A DNA stretch of 64,000 nt from NCBI GenBank assembly GCA_038108875.1, contig JAYNII010000005.1:663-64662 (forward strand), written 5' to 3'. The DNA is from Gammaproteobacteria bacterium. GTDB lineage: Bacteria > Pseudomonadota > Gammaproteobacteria > Magnimaribacterales > D2472. Both the position numbers and the translations under genes were made by a program. The stretch's first letter is position 1; every line of letters starts with the position of its first letter. A model generated the notes under the pieces. That model was not told the origin of the DNA. It did not search any database and saw nothing but the letters and a program-made list of their open reading frames with translations. Of this stretch, positions 22,755 to 33,881 are shown one piece after another.

Positions 22755-24047
22755 ATGACTGAGAATAAGGGCATGAGCGATCTTTGGAGAAGACTTAGAT
22801 TTGTTTTCATGGCTATTATTATTTATCGTATTGGTACACATATTCCAATCCCTGGCATTGACCCTGATAGACTTGCATCCCTATTTGATCAAAACCAAGG
22901 AACCATTCTTGAGCTATTTAACTTATTTTCAGGCGGCGCTCTTGAGAGAATGAGTATTTTTGCTCTTAATGTTGTTCCTTATATTTCTTCTGCAATTATC
23001 ATGCAGTTATTCAGCAATGCGATTCCATATCTTCAAGAACTAAAGAAGGAAGGTCAAGCAGGCAGAAATACTATCACTCAATATACTAGATATGGCACTG
23101 TTCTCTTGGCCCTCATTCAGGCTTCAGCCCTTGCTGCCACATTAAGCTCAAGTGGTTTAGCATACCAACCTGGCCTTTCTTTCTTTATTACTGCAGTGGT
23201 TAGTGTGGTTGCCGGAACTGTTTTTCTTATGTGGCTAGGAGAACAAGTTTCTGAGAGAGGAATCGGTAACGGTATCTCCATAATAATTGCAACTAGCATT
23301 CTTACTGGAATTCCCGGAGCCATTGGTCAAGCCCTTGAACAAGCTAGACAGGGAGATCTTAATATTCTTCTCCTATTGAGTATTGGTGTCTTAGCAATGA
23401 TTCTTATTGCAATAGTTGTATATATCGAAAGAGGTCAAAGAAGGATAACTGTGAATTATGCTCAGAGACAACAAGGCCGTAAGCTTATGCAAGCTCAAGC
23501 GAGTCATTTACCCTTTAAGGTAAACATGGCTGGGGTTATACCAGCAATTTTTGCAAGCACCTTTTTGCTTTTCCCAGCATCTCTTTCAACTTGGTTTGGG
23601 CAAAATGAGACCCTTGCATTCTTGCAAACTATTTCTCTAGCACTAAATCCTGGCCAACCACTATATATAATATTGTTTGCCACTTTAATAATATCGTTCT
23701 GTTTTATTTGGCTTGCGTTGACATTCAATACAAAAGAAGTCTCAGATAATTTAAAAAGGTCTGGAGCCTATATTCCTGGTATAAGACCAGGTGAGCAAAC
23801 AGCTGCATACATAGACAATGTTTTAGCAAGGTTAACAGTCTTTGGAAGTATTTATTTAACTTTGATTTGTCTACTTCCTTTAGGATTAATAAATTTTGCC
23901 GGAGTTTCTTTTTATTTAGGAGGAACATCCGTGCTGATTATTGTTGTTGTATTGATGGATTTCATGTCTCAAGTTCAATCTCACATGATGTCATCTCAAT
24001 ACTCCAATTTATTAAAGAAAGCCAATTTAAAGAGTTACAGAAGATAA
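22755..24047 (+). CDS. secY: Preprotein translocase subunit SecY
   Basis: 430 aa, polytopic membrane protein. [11 protein letters not shown] and [19 protein letters not shown] motifs. Position after rplO. Confidence 0.99.
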   Translation: MTENKGMSDLWRRLRFVFMAIIIYRIGTHIPIPGIDPDRLASLFDQNQGTILELFNLFSGGALERMSIFALNVVPYISSAIIMQLFSNAIPYLQELKKEGQAGRNTITQYTRYGTVLLALIQASALAATLSSSGLAYQPGLSFFITAVVSVVAGTVFLMWLGEQVSERGIGNGISIIIATSILTGIPGAIGQALEQARQGDLNILLLLSIGVLAMILIAIVVYIERGQRRITVNYAQRQQGRKLMQAQASHLPFKVNMAGVIPAIFASTFLLFPASLSTWFGQNETLAFLQTISLALNPGQPLYIILFATLIISFCFIWLALTFNTKEVSDNLKRSGAYIPGIRPGEQTAAYIDNVLARLTVFGSIYLTLICLLPLGLINFAGVSFYLGGTSVLIIVVVLMDFMSQVQSHMMSSQYSNLLKKANLKSYRR

Positions 24048-24048
24048 T

Positions 24049-24165
24049 ATGAAAGTAAGAGCATCAATAAAAAAGATTTGTAGAAACTGCAAGCAGGTAA
24101 GGCGCAAAGGTACGCTTTATGTAATTTGTAAGACTGAACCTAAACATAAGCAGAAACAAGGATAA
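24049..24165 (+). CDS. rpmJ: 50S ribosomal protein L36
   Basis: Not in the ORF track because it is under 60 aa. Hand translation gives [38 protein letters not shown] (38 aa). ATG lies 1 nt after the secY stop. Confidence 0.95.
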   Translation: MKVRASIKKICRNCKQVRRKGTLYVICKTEPKHKQKQG

Positions 24166-24170
24166 CTTTT

Positions 24171-24527
24171 ATGGCAAGGATAGCAGGAGTAAATATTCCA
24201 GAAAATAAGCATCTTGAGATAGCTTTAACCCATATCTTTGGTATTGGTAGGGTTACAGCTCAAAAAATTTGCGTGGAACTAAAAATAGACTACACAAAGA
24301 AAGTATCAGACATTTCAGAGGAAGATTTAGAAAATATTCGTACAGCTGTTAGTAAGTATACCGTTGAAGGCGACTTAAGAAGAGAAATCAGCACAAATAT
24401 TAAAAGACTAATGGATCTGGGTACCTATAGGGGAATTAGGCATAGAAAAAAATTACCAGTTCGTGGCCAAAATACAAAAAATAATTCAAGAACCAGAAAA
24501 GGTCCAAAAAAACCAATGAGAGCGTAA
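24171..24527 (+). CDS. rpsM: 30S ribosomal protein S13
   Basis: 118 aa with [11 protein letters not shown]-terminus. Confidence 0.99.
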   Translation: MARIAGVNIPENKHLEIALTHIFGIGRVTAQKICVELKIDYTKKVSDISEEDLENIRTAVSKYTVEGDLRREISTNIKRLMDLGTYRGIRHRKKLPVRGQNTKNNSRTRKGPKKPMRA

Positions 24528-24530
24528 GAA

Positions 24531-24920
24531 ATGGCAGGAAATAAACCTACAACAAAGAAGAAAATAAAAAAAGTAATATCAGAAGGTATTGCTTATATTC
24601 AATCTTCTTTTAATAACACAATAATCACTATAACTGATAAGCAAGGCAATGCAGTTTGCTGGGGAACTTCAGGTGGCTCAGGATTTAAGGGATCTAGGAA
24701 GAGCACTCCATTTGCTGCTCAGGTTGCAGCCGAAAAAGTAGGAAACATAGCAAAAGAATATGGAATGATGCATTTAGATGTCAAAGTTAAAGGTCCTGGT
24801 GCAGGCAGGGAATCAGCAATCAGATCACTTAATGCTTGTGGGCTAAAAATTAGAAGTATTACTGACGTCACACCGTTACCTCATAATGGTTGTCGTCCTC
24901 CAAAGAAAAGAAGGGTTTAA
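24531..24920 (+). CDS. rpsK: 30S ribosomal protein S11
   Basis: 129 aa with [14 protein letters not shown] and [13 protein letters not shown] motifs. Confidence 0.99.
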   Translation: MAGNKPTTKKKIKKVISEGIAYIQSSFNNTIITITDKQGNAVCWGTSGGSGFKGSRKSTPFAAQVAAEKVGNIAKEYGMMHLDVKVKGPGAGRESAIRSLNACGLKIRSITDVTPLPHNGCRPPKKRRV

Positions 24921-24929
24921 GGAAATAAT

Positions 24930-25550
24930 ATGGCAAGATACAGAGGACCATCGTTAAGACTTTCAAGAAGAGAGGGAACTGACTTATATCTAAAAAGTGG
25001 TGTTCGAGCAGTTGAATCTAAGTGCAATATGGACACTGCTCCTGGTGTTCATGGATTGCGAAGAGGGAGACTTTCAGATTATGGATTGCAGCTTCGGGAA
25101 AAACAAAAAGTAAGAAGAATCTACGGAGTATTAGAGAAACAATTTCGAAACTACTATAAAAAAGCAGCCCAATCAAAAGGAAATACTGGTGAGAATCTTT
25201 TAAACTATTTGGAGCAACGTCTTGATAACGTTGTGTACAGAATGGGATTCGCATCTACAAGAGCTGAAGGCAGACAATTGGTCTCCCATAAGGCTGTCTT
25301 GATTAATGGTTCAGTGGTAAACATACCTTCTTATCAAGTTCAACCCCAGGACGAAATTACAATTAAAGAAAAGTCAAAATCTCAGCTTAGGATTAAGGGA
25401 GCTCTTGACTTAGCCCAGCAAAGAGAAGCATGTGCTTGGGTTGAAGTAGATACAAAAAATTTAAAGGGTGTGTTTAAATCAGTTCCAGACAGAGCAGATT
25501 TAGGCATGGAAATTAACGAAAATCTTATTGTCGAGCTTTATTCAAAATAA
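24930..25550 (+). CDS. rpsD: 30S ribosomal protein S4
   Basis: 206 aa with [17 protein letters not shown]-terminus and S4 RNA-binding domain. Confidence 0.99.
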   Translation: MARYRGPSLRLSRREGTDLYLKSGVRAVESKCNMDTAPGVHGLRRGRLSDYGLQLREKQKVRRIYGVLEKQFRNYYKKAAQSKGNTGENLLNYLEQRLDNVVYRMGFASTRAEGRQLVSHKAVLINGSVVNIPSYQVQPQDEITIKEKSKSQLRIKGALDLAQQREACAWVEVDTKNLKGVFKSVPDRADLGMEINENLIVELYSK

Positions 25551-25569
25551 TTAATTACGGAAGAAAAAT

Positions 25570-26532
25570 ATGCAAAAATCTGTCATTGACTTACTTGTCC
25601 CATCTGAAATACAGGTAGAGGATATAAACCCCACTACATCTAAGATCATACTTGAACCCCTAGAAAGAGGCTTCGGTCATACGCTCGGCAATGCACTTAG
25701 AAGAATTCTTCTCTCTTCAATGCCTGGAGCAGCCATTACAAGTGTCGTAATAGAGGGTGTATCTCATGAATACAGCACTATAGAAGGAGTAAGAGAAGAT
25801 GTAATAGACATTCTTCTAAACTTAAAAGACATGCCTATATCAATAATAGAGGGTAATTCTGCAGAGATTAAATTAAATATGGATGGCCCATCTGAAGTTT
25901 CTGCTGCTAATTTCGAAGTGCCTGGAAACGTGGAACTCCCGAACCCAAATCATCATATTGCATCTTTAGTTGATAAAGTAAAATTATCACTTACTGCTAC
26001 GGTTAGAGTCGGAAGAGGATATGAGCCTAGCGATCTTAGAGAAGAAGAGGTTCAAGTAGGAGCGCTAAAGCTTGATGCATCGTTTAGTCCTGTTAGAAGA
26101 GTCGCATACTCTGTTGAAAACGCAAGATTTGAAAAAAGAGCAGACCTTGATAAATTAATCATTGAACTTGAAACCGATGGTACCCTAGATCCTAAGTTAG
26201 CTATAGAGCATGCTTCAACGATTTTGCAACAACAGCTTGCTGCATTTGTTGATCTTGATGCAATAGCGGAACAAGAAGACAAAAAGAATCAGAGCGATTT
26301 TGATCCACTGCTTTTGAGATCAATAGAGGAGCTTGAGTTAACCGTTAGATCTACTAATTGTTTAAAAGCTGAAAGCATCTTCTTAATCGGAGATTTAATT
26401 CAAAGATCAGAGTTTGATTTGTTAAAGACCCCAAATCTTGGTAAAAAATCTCTAAATGAAATTAAAGATGTGCTAGCCTCAAGGGGTTTTTCACTTGGAA
26501 CAGTTTTAGATACTTGGCCCCCACTTGGTTAA
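25570..26532 (+). CDS. rpoA: DNA-directed RNA polymerase subunit alpha
   Basis: 320 aa with [22 protein letters not shown] motif. C-terminal domain [13 protein letters not shown]. Confidence 0.99.
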   Translation: MQKSVIDLLVPSEIQVEDINPTTSKIILEPLERGFGHTLGNALRRILLSSMPGAAITSVVIEGVSHEYSTIEGVREDVIDILLNLKDMPISIIEGNSAEIKLNMDGPSEVSAANFEVPGNVELPNPNHHIASLVDKVKLSLTATVRVGRGYEPSDLREEEVQVGALKLDASFSPVRRVAYSVENARFEKRADLDKLIIELETDGTLDPKLAIEHASTILQQQLAAFVDLDAIAEQEDKKNQSDFDPLLLRSIEELELTVRSTNCLKAESIFLIGDLIQRSEFDLLKTPNLGKKSLNEIKDVLASRGFSLGTVLDTWPPLG

Positions 26533-26545
26533 TTGAGGTATTCCT

Positions 26546-26950
26546 ATGAGACACAGAAAATCTGGTAGAAAACTGAATCGAAATTCTTCTAATAGAAAGT
26601 CGTTATTTAAAAATTTAAGCATAGCTTTTATAGAGCACGAGCTCATTAAAACAACACTACCAAAAGCCAAAGAACTAAGATCCTTTTTGGAACCCCTTAT
26701 CACACTAGGCAAAACTGATAATGTTGCCAATAGAAGGCTTGCTTTTAGCAAATTAAGAGACGATGCCTCGGTTGGGAAACTATTTACAGTTTTCGGGGTT
26801 CGTTCAAAAGACAGGAAGGGCGGATATTTAAGGATTATTAAGTCTGGTTTTAGAAATGGAGATAAGGCAGATATGGCTTATGTGGAGTGGGTCGACAGAG
26901 CCCTTGATGAGGTCAATCTAGAAGCCAATCTAAAAGATTCTGCTGCTTAA
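26546..26950 (+). CDS. rplQ: 50S ribosomal protein L17
   Basis: 134 aa with [19 protein letters not shown]-terminus. Last gene of the alpha cluster. Confidence 0.98.
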   Translation: MRHRKSGRKLNRNSSNRKSLFKNLSIAFIEHELIKTTLPKAKELRSFLEPLITLGKTDNVANRRLAFSKLRDDASVGKLFTVFGVRSKDRKGGYLRIIKSGFRNGDKADMAYVEWVDRALDEVNLEANLKDSAA

Positions 26951-29772
26951 TCAATATCCAGTAACTTTCGTAAATATTTTCCCGTGTAAGATTTTTTGTT
27001 GTTGGCAATAGTTGTTGGCTGCCCATAGGCAATTACCTCTCCACCATCTGAACCACCATCAGGCCCTAGGTCAATTATCCAATCGCTCGATTTAATTACG
27101 TCAAGATTGTGTTCAATAACCACCACTGTATTACCTTGATTAGATAATTTTTTTAACACTCCCAATAAGAGCTCAATGTCAAAGAAGTGCAATCCTGTAG
27201 TAGGCTCATCTAGTATATAAAGAGTTTTACCAGTGCTCCTTTTAGATAATTCTTTAGCAAGTTTTACTCTTTGCGCTTCTCCTCCAGATAATGTAGTTGC
27301 TGATTGACCGAGCGTTATGTAACCTAAGCCAACATCCAATAATGTTGAAAGTTTTGTTTTGATGGCAGGAACTGCATCAAAAAAAACAACAGCATCTTCA
27401 ACAGTCATATTTAGAACTTCAGAGATATTCTTTCCTTTGAACTTAACTTCTAGAGTTTGGTCATTGTACCTTTGGTTATTGCATACATCACAAGTCACAT
27501 ATACATCAGCAAGAAAATGCATCTCTACTTTGATCATCCCATCACCTTGACAGGCTTCACATCTTCCTCCCTTTACATTAAAGCTAAATCTTCCAGGTTT
27601 ATAACCTCTTGACCTTGCCTCTTGAGATTGGGCGAATAAGTCTCTAATTGGTGAAAAAACTCCAGTATAAGTTGCAGGGTTAGATCTTGGAGTCCTTCCA
27701 ATTGGAGATTGGTCAATAGAGATAACCTTATCTAAATATTCTAAACCTTCAATTTTTTGGAGCTTTATTTTTTTAGTTAGTTTTGCTTTATTCAAGAGAA
27801 ATGCAGCCATAGGCATTAGACTTTGATTTATAAGAGATGATTTTCCCGAACCAGATACTCCCGTTATGCAAGTGAAGAGACCAATTGGAATTTCAGCATC
27901 TACAGATTTAAGATTGTTTTCTTCGGCACCAATAATTTTTATGAAATTAGTTGGTTTTTTCGGTGAAAGGTTGCTAGGTATTTTTCTTTTGCCATTTAGA
28001 TATTCAGCTGTTATGGAATTTTTTGCAGCTAGAACCTCTTTAAGATTCCCTTGAGCACATATCTTGCCGCCATGTATTCCAGCACCAGGCCCAATATCGA
28101 TTATATGATCAGCACTTCTAATTGCTTCCTCGTCATGCTCAACTACCAATACGGTATTTCCAAGATCTCTTAAGTGTTTGAGTGTTTTTAATAATCTATC
28201 GTTATCTTTTTGATGCAGTCCTATAGACGGTTCATCTAGTACATAAGTCACTCCAACCAGACCTGAACCAATTTGGCTTGCCAATCTTATTCTTTGAGAT
28301 TCTCCTCCTGAGAGTGATTCTGCGCTCCTATCAAGAGTAAGATAATTAAGTCCTACATCGAGCAAGAAAGATAGTCTGTCGTGAATCTCTTTAAGAATTT
28401 TTTCTGCAATCTTAAGCTCTGAGCCTTTTAGTTTAATATTTTTAATAAAGGTTAGCGCATCTTTAATCTTCAAACTTACAATTGAATAAATTGGGACATC
28501 ATTTATAAGTACATTTCTGGATGCTTCATTTAATCTTGATCCTTGGCACTCATCACAATTACTTTCAGATAACATTTTTGCAAGCTCAGTTTTTATATAA
28601 TCTGAGTCTGATTCCCTGTATCTTCTATCTGTATTGGGGATCACTCCCTCGAATCTATGTTTCCTAACAAATTTACTACCGCTTGAAAATCGTTTAGAGA
28701 AATCAATAGTTTCTTTAGAGCCATACAATATAATGCTTTGGATTTCAGGAGATAAATCTGACCATTTCTTGTCTAAGGAAAATCCATAGTGGTCTGCAAG
28801 ACACTTTAACTGATGATAGTAAAATCTATTTCGTTTGTTCCAACCCTTTATAGCTCCTTCGTTAATCGAAATATCTGGTTCCTGCACCAACTTATCTTGA
28901 TCAAAATACTGAATAACTCCAAGTCCATCACATTTGTTGCATGCACCAACTGGGTTATTAAAAGAAAACATTCTTGGTTCTAGTTCAGCAATTGAATAAC
29001 CGCAGTGAGAGCAAGCAAAGTTTGTTGAGAAGCTAAGCGTTTTGTCTGCTTCATCTAGGAATTTAATGTCTATCAACCCATTGCTTAATTTGACAGCCGT
29101 TTCAATTGAATCCGCCAATCTTTGGATATTTTCTTCAGATATCTTAATTACCAACCTATCAACTACAACCGAGATGTTATGTTTCTTTTGTTTATCCAGA
29201 GTTGGAAATTCTTCTACGGGATAAGTAATATCATCAACTATGACGCGAAGAAATCCTTCTTTTTTTAATTCTTCAAATATTCCGATGTGCTCCCCTTTCT
29301 TTCCTCTAATTAGTGGAGCTAAGATCATAATTTTTGACCCTTCTTGAACTTGCATAACTTCATCACATATCTGAGAAACTGTTTTAGCTGCAAGTGTTTC
29401 ATTGTGAGTAGGACATCTTGGAGAGCCAATTCTTGCGAACAGAAGTCTTAAATAATCATAGATTTCAGTAACGGTTCCTACAGTAGATCTTGGATTATGG
29501 GAGGTAGATTTTTGTTCGATTGAAATAGCTGGAGATAATCCTTCAATTTGATCCACATCAGGTTTTTCCATTAGAGATAAGAATTGCCTTGCATAGGCTG
29601 ATAGAGATTCTACATACCTTCTTTGACCTTCAGCATAAATAGTATCAAAGGCTAGGGAAGATTTTCCTGAACCAGATAGTCCGGTAATTACAACTAACTT
29701 ATTTCTAGGTATATCTAAAGAAATATTCTTAAGATTGTGTGTTCTGGCACCTTTTACTGAGATTTTTGACAT
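26947..29772 (-). CDS. uvrA: Excinuclease ABC subunit A
   Basis: 941 aa. [31 protein letters not shown], two ABC ATPase modules and zinc-finger Cys clusters. Confidence 0.99.
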   Translation of the reverse strand: MSKISVKGARTHNLKNISLDIPRNKLVVITGLSGSGKSSLAFDTIYAEGQRRYVESLSAYARQFLSLMEKPDVDQIEGLSPAISIEQKSTSHNPRSTVGTVTEIYDYLRLLFARIGSPRCPTHNETLAAKTVSQICDEVMQVQEGSKIMILAPLIRGKKGEHIGIFEELKKEGFLRVIVDDITYPVEEFPTLDKQKKHNISVVVDRLVIKISEENIQRLADSIETAVKLSNGLIDIKFLDEADKTLSFSTNFACSHCGYSIAELEPRMFSFNNPVGACNKCDGLGVIQYFDQDKLVQEPDISINEGAIKGWNKRNRFYYHQLKCLADHYGFSLDKKWSDLSPEIQSIILYGSKETIDFSKRFSSGSKFVRKHRFEGVIPNTDRRYRESDSDYIKTELAKMLSESNCDECQGSRLNEASRNVLINDVPIYSIVSLKIKDALTFIKNIKLKGSELKIAEKILKEIHDRLSFLLDVGLNYLTLDRSAESLSGGESQRIRLASQIGSGLVGVTYVLDEPSIGLHQKDNDRLLKTLKHLRDLGNTVLVVEHDEEAIRSADHIIDIGPGAGIHGGKICAQGNLKEVLAAKNSITAEYLNGKRKIPSNLSPKKPTNFIKIIGAEENNLKSVDAEIPIGLFTCITGVSGSGKSSLINQSLMPMAAFLLNKAKLTKKIKLQKIEGLEYLDKVISIDQSPIGRTPRSNPATYTGVFSPIRDLFAQSQEARSRGYKPGRFSFNVKGGRCEACQGDGMIKVEMHFLADVYVTCDVCNNQRYNDQTLEVKFKGKNISEVLNMTVEDAVVFFDAVPAIKTKLSTLLDVGLGYITLGQSATTLSGGEAQRVKLAKELSKRSTGKTLYILDEPTTGLHFFDIELLLGVLKKLSNQGNTVVVIEHNLDVIKSSDWIIDLGPDGGSDGGEVIAYGQPTTIANNKKSYTGKYLRKLLDID

Positions 29773-29837
29773 TTGATTAAAGAAACCTTCGCTGGAAAAA
29801 TAAATCAGGTTAAACTATTGAATTATAAGAGGTTTTT

Positions 29838-30272
29838 ATGAGCAGAGGCATCAATAAAGTAATATTAGTAGGAAATTTAGGTCAGAAACCTGAAATGAGG
29901 TATACCCAAACAAACATGGCGGTAGCAAATCTATCTGTTGCAACATCAGATTCATGGAAAGACAAAGAAACTGGAGAACAAAAAGAAAAAACTGAATGGC
30001 ATAGAGTTGTCTATTTTGGAAAGCTTGCTGAAATTGCAGAGCAATACTTAGATAAGGGTTCAAAAGTTTATGTTGAAGGTAAACTTCAAACAAGAAAATG
30101 GCAAGACCAATCTGGAGCAGATAGATATACTACAGAAATTGTTGGCAGCGATCTAACCATGCTCGATTCAAGAAATTATGATGGGAGTGGTGGCGCACCC
30201 CAAAGCTCAACACCTCGAGTAGAAGATTTGAATCAGGAACCTCAATATAGCGAAGATGACATCCCCTTCTGA
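29838..30272 (+). CDS. ssb: Single-stranded DNA-binding protein
   Basis: 144 aa. OB fold ([26 protein letters not shown]) and canonical acidic tip EDDIPF. Divergent from uvrA as in E. coli. Confidence 0.98.
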   Translation: MSRGINKVILVGNLGQKPEMRYTQTNMAVANLSVATSDSWKDKETGEQKEKTEWHRVVYFGKLAEIAEQYLDKGSKVYVEGKLQTRKWQDQSGADRYTTEIVGSDLTMLDSRNYDGSGGAPQSSTPRVEDLNQEPQYSEDDIPF

Positions 30273-31113
30273 ACTAGAAGATCCGGTTCTCTTTGAGAAG
30301 GTTAAATCTATTGCTCTTATAAGATTAAATAGACCAGACAAGCTTAATGCTTTCACCCGAAAAATGGGAGATTTAATTGTTTCGATGCTAGATCAAGCAG
30401 AAGCTGATGATTCAATTCAAGCAATAATAATTACTGGAAACGGAAGAGCGTTTTGTGCTGGAGCAGATTTATCTTCTGGTGTAAATGCCTTCCAATCATC
30501 CAAAAAGGATCATGACTCAAAGGAACCCAAAGATTTTGGAGGTATATTAACTTTGAGGATGTATAGTTTTTTGAAGCCTATAATTATTGCATGCAACGGT
30601 CCAGCTGTTGGAGTTGGAGCGACTATGCAATTACCTGCAGATATTAGAATTGCATCCAAGAACGCAAAGTTTGGATTTGTTTTTTTGAATAGAGGAATTG
30701 TCAATGATGCTTGTAGTAGTTGGTTTCTTCCCAAAATCGTAGGAGTTTCTAAAGCGTTAGAATTATGTTACTCAGGAGAGATTATTTCAGCCGAGGAAGC
30801 GCTTAGAATAAATCTTATTTCTTACATTTTTGAGGAGGAGAACTTTATTGAACAGGTGTTAGATTTCACCCAAAGATTGATTGTTAAATCTGCTCCTGTC
30901 TCAATTGCAATGTCAAGGCAGCTAATTTGGACAGCTCTTGGGGACAATGACCCAATTAAGTCACATGAACTTGAATCTATAATTATTAGAGACAGAGCTC
31001 AATCGAGGGATGCTCTTGAGGGGGTTAATTCGTTTTTGGAAAGAAGATCTCCAAAATTTTCTTGCAAAGTTAGCTCTGATTTACCAAGCTGCTATCCTTG
31101 GAAGAAAGATTAA
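30256..31113 (+). CDS. Enoyl-CoA hydratase/isomerase (crotonase) family protein
   Basis: 285 aa with crotonase motif [14 protein letters not shown]. The ATG lies inside the last codons of ssb. Substrate unknown. Confidence 0.85.
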   Translation: MTSPSELEDPVLFEKVKSIALIRLNRPDKLNAFTRKMGDLIVSMLDQAEADDSIQAIIITGNGRAFCAGADLSSGVNAFQSSKKDHDSKEPKDFGGILTLRMYSFLKPIIIACNGPAVGVGATMQLPADIRIASKNAKFGFVFLNRGIVNDACSSWFLPKIVGVSKALELCYSGEIISAEEALRINLISYIFEEENFIEQVLDFTQRLIVKSAPVSIAMSRQLIWTALGDNDPIKSHELESIIIRDRAQSRDALEGVNSFLERRSPKFSCKVSSDLPSCYPWKKD

Positions 31114-32318
31114 TACTTTTGTAGAATAATACTAGCGTTCGTTCCACCAAAGCCAAAAGAATTGCTCATGAAAGATGAAATATTTGCATCTACTGATTCT
31201 TTGACTATCCTTAAAGATTTTCCTTCTTCAATTTCATTCTCAATATTGATTGATGGAGCTATGAAATTATTATGCATCATCAGTAGGGAGTAGATAACTT
31301 CTTGAGCACCGGTAGCACCCAGTGAGTGACCAGTCATTGATTTGGTAGATGAGATATAAGGACAATCTTGATTAAAGACTTTGCTAATTGCAATTAGTTC
31401 TGCAATATCTCCAACTGGGGTACTGGTTCCGTGTGCATTTATGTAGTCTACTTTTTTCCCATGTTGTTTCAGAGCAGCCTGCATACATCTTTGGGCTCCC
31501 TCTCCTGAGGGAGATACCATGTCGAATCCATCCGAATTTGCATAATATCCAGAAACTTCTGCAAGAATATTGGCGCCTCTTTTTTTTGCATGCTGTTCTT
31601 CTTCAACTATGAGCATGCCAGCTCCACCTGAAATAACAAAACCATCTCTATTTGCATCAAAGGGTCTTGAAGCTAGATGAGGGGTGTCATTAAAATTTGA
31701 GGATAAAGCGCCCATTGCATCAAATAAGGTTGAAAGCGTCCAATGCTCATCTTCGGCCCCTCCAGCAATAATAATGTCTTGTTTACCTGATTGAATTAAT
31801 TCAGTTGCCTGACCTAGACAATGAGCGCTGGTTGAGCACGCAGATGTTATGGAGTAATTGATTCCCTTTGTTTTAAAAGCTGTTCCTAGACAAGCAGAAA
31901 CCGTAGAACCCATTGTTTTTGTTACAGCATAGGGACCTATTTTTTTTGAACCTTTTTCTCTTGCAATATCTGCTGCAGCAAGTTGAGCTACAGGCGACGC
32001 TCCGCCTGAACCAGCAATCACTCCGACAGCAGGGCTTTGAATATCTTCCTCACTAAGACCAGCTTGAGCGAGAGCATCTTTTGTTGCTAAAAATGCATAT
32101 GCAGCAGCATTTGACATGAATCTTAGAAGTTTTCTATCTATTAATTCCTCAAGAGGTATATTTATAGAGCCTGAAATAAGACTTCTCATGCCCAGCTGAT
32201 CATAAGAATTGTTTCTTACTATTCCTGAATTACCCTGTATTAGATTTTGGGTAATCTGTTGGAGAGTATTTCCAATACAAGATACTGCCCCCATTCCTGT
32301 AATAACTGCTTTCTTCAT
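31110..32318 (-). CDS. fabB: 3-oxoacyl-ACP synthase I (KAS I)
   Basis: 402 aa condensing enzyme with active-site SACSTSAHC and HGTSTPVGD motifs. Immediately downstream of fabA, as in the fabAB operon. Confidence 0.93.
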   Translation of the reverse strand: MKKAVITGMGAVSCIGNTLQQITQNLIQGNSGIVRNNSYDQLGMRSLISGSINIPLEELIDRKLLRFMSNAAAYAFLATKDALAQAGLSEEDIQSPAVGVIAGSGGASPVAQLAAADIAREKGSKKIGPYAVTKTMGSTVSACLGTAFKTKGINYSITSACSTSAHCLGQATELIQSGKQDIIIAGGAEDEHWTLSTLFDAMGALSSNFNDTPHLASRPFDANRDGFVISGGAGMLIVEEEQHAKKRGANILAEVSGYYANSDGFDMVSPSGEGAQRCMQAALKQHGKKVDYINAHGTSTPVGDIAELIAISKVFNQDCPYISSTKSMTGHSLGATGAQEVIYSLLMMHNNFIAPSINIENEIEEGKSLRIVKESVDANISSFMSNSFGFGGTNASIILQKY

Positions 32319-32843
32319 TTAGAATTCACTAGTGTCTTCAAACAATCCAACCCTGAGACTCTCTGCACTATATACATGCTTATCATCAACAAACATATTA
32401 CCATCACCGATTCCCATGATTAGCTTGCCCCTATTGATTACTCTACGCATATTTATTTCGTAACGGACTGTCTTTGCTTCAGGCAACACTTGTCCAAAGA
32501 ATTTAATCTTTTCAGCTCCTAGGGCTCTTCCCTTGCCAGGCAATTGTAACCAGCATAAATAAAAGCCTACTAGTTGCCACATGGCATCTAAACCTAAGCA
32601 TCCTGGCATTACAGGATCAGTTTTGAAATGGCAGTCAAAAAACCAAAGCTGTGGGTTAATATCTAACTCAGCAATAACTTGGCCTTTATTCGATCCATCT
32701 TCTGTTTTAAATATAGATGTTATTCTATCGAACATAAGCATCTGATCAGATGGGAGTCTTCCGGCGCCAACGCCAAATAAGTCTCCATCTGAGCAAGATA
32801 CTAAATCAGATTTGGAATATGATTGTTTAGGTATAAAAGTCAT
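32319..32843 (-). CDS. fabA: 3-hydroxydecanoyl-ACP dehydratase/isomerase
   Basis: 174 aa with FabA signature FFDCHFKTDPVMPGCLGLDAMWQL. Confidence 0.97.
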   Translation of the reverse strand: MTFIPKQSYSKSDLVSCSDGDLFGVGAGRLPSDQMLMFDRITSIFKTEDGSNKGQVIAELDINPQLWFFDCHFKTDPVMPGCLGLDAMWQLVGFYLCWLQLPGKGRALGAEKIKFFGQVLPEAKTVRYEINMRRVINRGKLIMGIGDGNMFVDDKHVYSAESLRVGLFEDTSEF

Positions 32844-33799
32844 AAAGATCTTACTGAAGAATAACTTATTAATTGATTCAAATCACTATAATCGAGATTT
32901 TTCTCTAATTTAGTAACTGCTTTTTGAGCTAACTCATTATAGTTATTCAATATCTTTTCACATTCATCGATAGCCTTTGAGGAATACATAATACTGAAGA
33001 TATCCTCTTTCTCAGACTTAGTTAATTTCTTGCCAAATTTACTATAAAGATGCTTTACATTTGAAATTGTTGTTTTTTCAAGGGTAAGTATTAGTGGAAG
33101 AGTGTATTTACCCTCAGAAAAATCTTTGAACTTTTCTTTACCAGATTTACTATTTAATTCAACGTCAAGTAAATCATCTTTCACTTGAAAAGCTATTCCT
33201 ATATTTTGACCAAAAGACTTTGCAACACTTATCACATCTTTACTCTTAGATTGCATCATTGCTCCTGTAATTGCTGAAGCTTCAAAAAGTCTTCCAGTTT
33301 TGAAATAAGCAATTTCTAGGCATTTCTCTTTAGTAACTATTTTGCCTTTGTTATATAAACTAAGCTGTAACAGTTCTCCTTTAGCGATATCATTCGTGGC
33401 ATTTGAAAGTTCTTGTAAGATATCCAATCTCTTGAGATGAACCATCTTAATAAATGCCTTTGAATAGATGTAGTCTCCTATCAAAACACTATGAGAATTA
33501 TTCCAGACTTTATTGACAGCTTTTTTACCTCTTCTAGTCTGTGCTTTATCCACCACATCATCGTGAACTAAGGTAGCTACGTGGAGTAATTCTATTATTG
33601 TAGCCAGCATAATTCTTTTCTTGCTTTCTGATCCCTGACTAAAAATCAAGCTGACGAGAGGTCTGAGTTTTTTGCCATCCTTATCAAATATGTACTCATA
33701 CAAACTTTTTATAATTGGTTCTGATGAAACATCATTTTTTAAAAGAGAAGATACAGCTTTTAAATCTTTTAGTAATTTGGGAGAAAGAATAGTATCCAT
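32840..33799 (-). CDS. ispB: Polyprenyl (octaprenyl-type) diphosphate synthase
   Basis: 319 aa with two Asp-rich motifs (LVHDDVVD, FQVKDDLLD). Divergent from rplU as ispB is in E. coli. Chain length not determinable. Confidence 0.88.
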   Translation of the reverse strand: MDTILSPKLLKDLKAVSSLLKNDVSSEPIIKSLYEYIFDKDGKKLRPLVSLIFSQGSESKKRIMLATIIELLHVATLVHDDVVDKAQTRRGKKAVNKVWNNSHSVLIGDYIYSKAFIKMVHLKRLDILQELSNATNDIAKGELLQLSLYNKGKIVTKEKCLEIAYFKTGRLFEASAITGAMMQSKSKDVISVAKSFGQNIGIAFQVKDDLLDVELNSKSGKEKFKDFSEGKYTLPLILTLEKTTISNVKHLYSKFGKKLTKSEKEDIFSIMYSSKAIDECEKILNNYNELAQKAVTKLEKNLDYSDLNQLISYSSVRSL

Positions 33800-33826
33800 T
33801 TTAGAAGCTGAAATTATACATAAGTA

Positions 33827-33855
33827 TTGATAAATTCATGATATGAGCGTATATT
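33827..33855 (+). promoter_or_regulatory. Candidate sigma70 promoter of rplU-rpmA-obg
   Basis: TTGATA (33827-33832), 17-nt spacer, TATATT (33850-33855), in the 82-nt divergent ispB/rplU spacer. Confidence 0.45.
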
Positions 33856-33881
33856 TCACACCCACAAATTCTTAATATACT

